The notes under the pieces are model-generated. The model searched no databases. It was not told the DNA's origin and saw only the letters and a program-made list of their open reading frames with translations. A DNA stretch of 64,000 bases. Origin: a virus. Lineage: Duplodnaviria; Caudoviricetes. This document shows positions 61,695-64,000 of the stretch, in pieces; the first letter of the stretch is position 1, and the number at the start of each line of letters is the position of its first letter. Where the stretch lies: positions 1-64,000 of the IMG/VR virus record IMGVR_UViG_3300044262_000032; one strand, written 5' to 3'. Position numbers and translations under genes: made by a program.

Positions 61695-64000
61695 TAGACC
61701 ACCCTTGCTGTAAACGCCTGTTCAATCGTGGAACCCTCGTTATCAGTGACCTTTATTGTAAACGAATATGATCCAATTGTCGCTACCCCTTCGATATAGC
61801 CTACAGCATCGAGCGCCATCCCCGTAGGTAGGGCTCCGGCCGTAACCTCAAACCCATACGGGAATCTACCTCCCATAACCTGAATCTGGAAGTATTCATC
61901 CTCGATAGAGCCAATAATCTCGCCCAGATCTGGGCCATTAACAAACTGGAGTGGCACAAATGGTGGCGGTGTATATGGATAGGAAGTATCACCAGCATAT
62001 GCTGGATCAAATCCCCCGCCGGCAAACGAGTGAAGCATCATCTCTCCAGTCCAGTTAGACTCAACCCAGCCGGCATCATATACTGTTGCTCCCCAGTCAG
62101 ATAGAAGTAGAAGCCGCTTTTGATTTTCAATCTTACTTGTAATAGTCACAACTACAATCGTATTGGCGTTTGGAAGCGGGGGCTCCACTCTAATAATGTT
62201 CTTACCATACCCTTCAATTGTATAAGACTGCATCGTATAGTTCTTATCTGGGCCAAAGCAAGTCACACTGCCAATTGACTCAATCTCTGGCCCGTTTGTC
62301 TCAATTGTCGCATTAGTTGTTGAGATAAAATATCTAACCTGTGGATTTACAAAGTCCCCAGCTTGGCTATTTGTATAGAAAAACATCTGGCCTTTAGAAG
62401 CGCAAGTTGTTCCCACTATATCTGCAACGCGATCCTGAACCCTAAGCTTGACACCTGAAGCATCATAGCCATACGGATCCATCTGAGTTATAGTCTGTGC
62501 TCCACCAGATATAAGATATAGATTTCCCTTTGCAGCCATTGCAACTAAACTATCCCCGTTAAGAGAACGAGCACCAGACATATATGATGTAAGATCCGTG
62601 TCGGTCAACCCAGCTTGCGGCGGAATACGCGCCCAGGTTAAACCACGATCGTGTGATACACACAGCCAAGTACGTTGATCGAATGCGTGAATATCACTTC
62701 CGTCATGAGAGTATGCTTTACGCTGATGAATATACGAGCTAACTGTAGGCATTATAGTTGTACAGTTTATGGTTGGATCCTCTTCTTTTTGAATTATCGT
62801 AGCTTTATTCGTGTAGTACGTCACGGGATCGAGAAGTTCATCATTGGGATCAAAACCAGTAACAGATGCGAAGACATAGTTTAGACCACCACATTGATAA
62901 AAATCCACCTGCCTCACGTAGAGATCAAGACCAGCAAACCCAGTTTCAATTGGGAATTCTCCGCCAAAAGAAACAGTGTCACTATACCCACCAAGAGTGG
63001 TGTCACATGGGGGATACGCTGCTGGAAAATAAAATGGGAAGCTGTTAGGGTCATTGCCATAAATAACGCCATGACGATACGACCCGCTATGTGATACCCC
63101 CCAACTCAATAGAGATAGAGATACTACCCCATCAATTGTTATATCCCCATAGCCACCTGTCGGAATAACACCTGTACATACTGCGTGCCACGTAACAGCT
63201 ATATATGTGCCTATGGATTCCTTATTCTCATCAGTTATATTAGTGTACGCTGGGTCATGCACATTACTAGCGCAGAGAGGCTTTCGTCCACGATTAAATA
63301 GCGCACTCTGTACTGCGCTCTTTTGACTTAGAAAGTATGAGGTAAATTGAGAGATAGTCTTTCTATTCAAAGTAAAATCACTGACCGTATCTAGTAACGC
63401 AAAGTTTGGAGGAAGAGTTCCACTTATAGTGGCTCGAAGAAAATAGCCATTATTGATATCCCCCATTATATGCTTAAAAGTATAGTTTCTAGTTCCAAGA
63501 TAGATCGGAAGATAGTACGTATTGAAGGTCAGAGTGTATATAACATCATTGCTTCCGAGATAAGCACCACTTTCTCCATCACTAAAGTAGAGAAAGCCAT
63601 TATTTGCTGGGCGACCTCTAGTATCAATAAGAGGAGCAACGCCCATATTTGGATATTTAGTTGTAGATACACTGACATCCCCTGTTAATTCAGGCACACC
63701 TATATATAGATTCTCCTCAGTAAAGGAGTTAAACGCAACTACACGCCCATCATCACAAGGTACAAAGAACGGCGTAGCATTATTCGAGTTGATGCCCATA
63801 TGAAAGGTGTCTGGTGCTTGATCTTCATTGAGAGTAATAGTGGCTTGAATATTTCGTCCATAGTCCCAGGTTTTATTCAGTTGAATCCATTGGTTTTGCG
63901 CGTACCATTTGCTAGCTGGGTACCCAGTTGAATGTGGAGTTAGCGCGCCATTAGGTGTCAACGTTGCTACCCCTGGATAGGGGTTCTCAAAACCATGAGG
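61694..64000 (-). CDS. virion/tail protein with Asp-box and C-terminal He_PIG-like Ig domain; start lies beyond the window
   Basis: frame is open to the window edge (PHGFENPYPGVAT precedes the track's TTG); SHDRGLTW Asp-box; GGRFPY.FEVTAGALPTGMALD. Confidence 0.7.
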   Translation of the reverse strand, partial: PHGFENPYPGVATLTPNGALTPHSTGYPASKWYAQNQWIQLNKTWDYGRNIQATITLNEDQAPDTFHMGINSNNATPFFVPCDDGRVVAFNSFTEENLYIGVPELTGDVSVSTTKYPNMGVAPLIDTRGRPANNGFLYFSDGESGAYLGSNDVIYTLTFNTYYLPIYLGTRNYTFKHIMGDINNGYFLRATISGTLPPNFALLDTVSDFTLNRKTISQFTSYFLSQKSAVQSALFNRGRKPLCASNVHDPAYTNITDENKESIGTYIAVTWHAVCTGVIPTGGYGDITIDGVVSLSLLSWGVSHSGSYRHGVIYGNDPNSFPFYFPAAYPPCDTTLGGYSDTVSFGGEFPIETGFAGLDLYVRQVDFYQCGGLNYVFASVTGFDPNDELLDPVTYYTNKATIIQKEEDPTINCTTIMPTVSSYIHQRKAYSHDGSDIHAFDQRTWLCVSHDRGLTWARIPPQAGLTDTDLTSYMSGARSLNGDSLVAMAAKGNLYLISGGAQTITQMDPYGYDASGVKLRVQDRVADIVGTTCASKGQMFFYTNSQAGDFVNPQVRYFISTTNATIETNGPEIESIGSVTCFGPDKNYTMQSYTIEGYGKNIIRVEPPLPNANTIVVVTITSKIENQKRLLLLSDWGATVYDAGWVESNWTGEMMLHSFAGGGFDPAYAGDTSYPYTPPPFVPLQFVNGPDLGEIIGSIEDEYFQIQVMGGRFPYGFEVTAGALPTGMALDAVGYIEGVATIGSYSFTIKVTDNEGSTIEQAFTARVV

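Noticed and set aside
1-64000. Stop-codon reassignment
   Set aside because: Conserved genes are uninterrupted in code 11, TAA/TAG/TGA all terminate genes, and no CTA/TCA/TTA suppressor anticodon was found
1-64000. Integrated prophage or host chromosome flanks
   Set aside because: No integrase, att-like duplication or host housekeeping operon seen; gene content is phage-like throughout

Overview
A 64-kb segment of a large, probably lytic tailed dsDNA phage (Caudoviricetes). It uses the standard genetic code, with strong Shine-Dalgarno sites and host sigma70-type promoters. An outer-membrane beta-barrel gene and several lipoproteins suggest a Gram-negative host. Layout: (1) 1-9.5 kb, GC-rich early region of small unknown ORFs with paralog expansions. 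(2) 10.0-14.9 kb, an apparent operon: a PPDK-family dikinase whose C-terminal PEP domain is replaced by an unrelated domain, a CX5R phosphatase, and two paralogous unknown proteins. (3) 15.4 kb, an isolated tRNA-like RNA; 17-19.7 kb, RtcB with two phosphatases. (4) 25.9-30.1 kb, DUF1257/DUF2997/Ycf46-like AAA genes. (5) 30.2-44.9 kb, replication, recombination and nucleotide metabolism: initiator with internal iteron-like repeats, degenerate DnaC-like protein, DnaB, DnaG, gp32-like SSB, UvsW-like helicase, RecA, nucleases, DUF5664, TSCPD, ThyX. (6) 44.9-46.4 kb, envelope proteins and two 13-aa Lys-rich micro-ORFs. (7) 46.5-53.2 kb, 29 tRNA genes covering all 20 amino acids, many non-canonical, plus an HNH cassette, a deaminase and candidate structured ncRNAs. 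(8) 54.0-56.5 kb, UDG-fused family A DNA polymerase. (9) 57.3-64 kb, minus-strand Ig-rich virion proteins, truncated at the window edge. An 18-bp palindrome (TTTWCAAG-NN-CTTGWAAA) recurs at least 8 times across the window. All family assignments are from motif recognition by eye; no database search was run.
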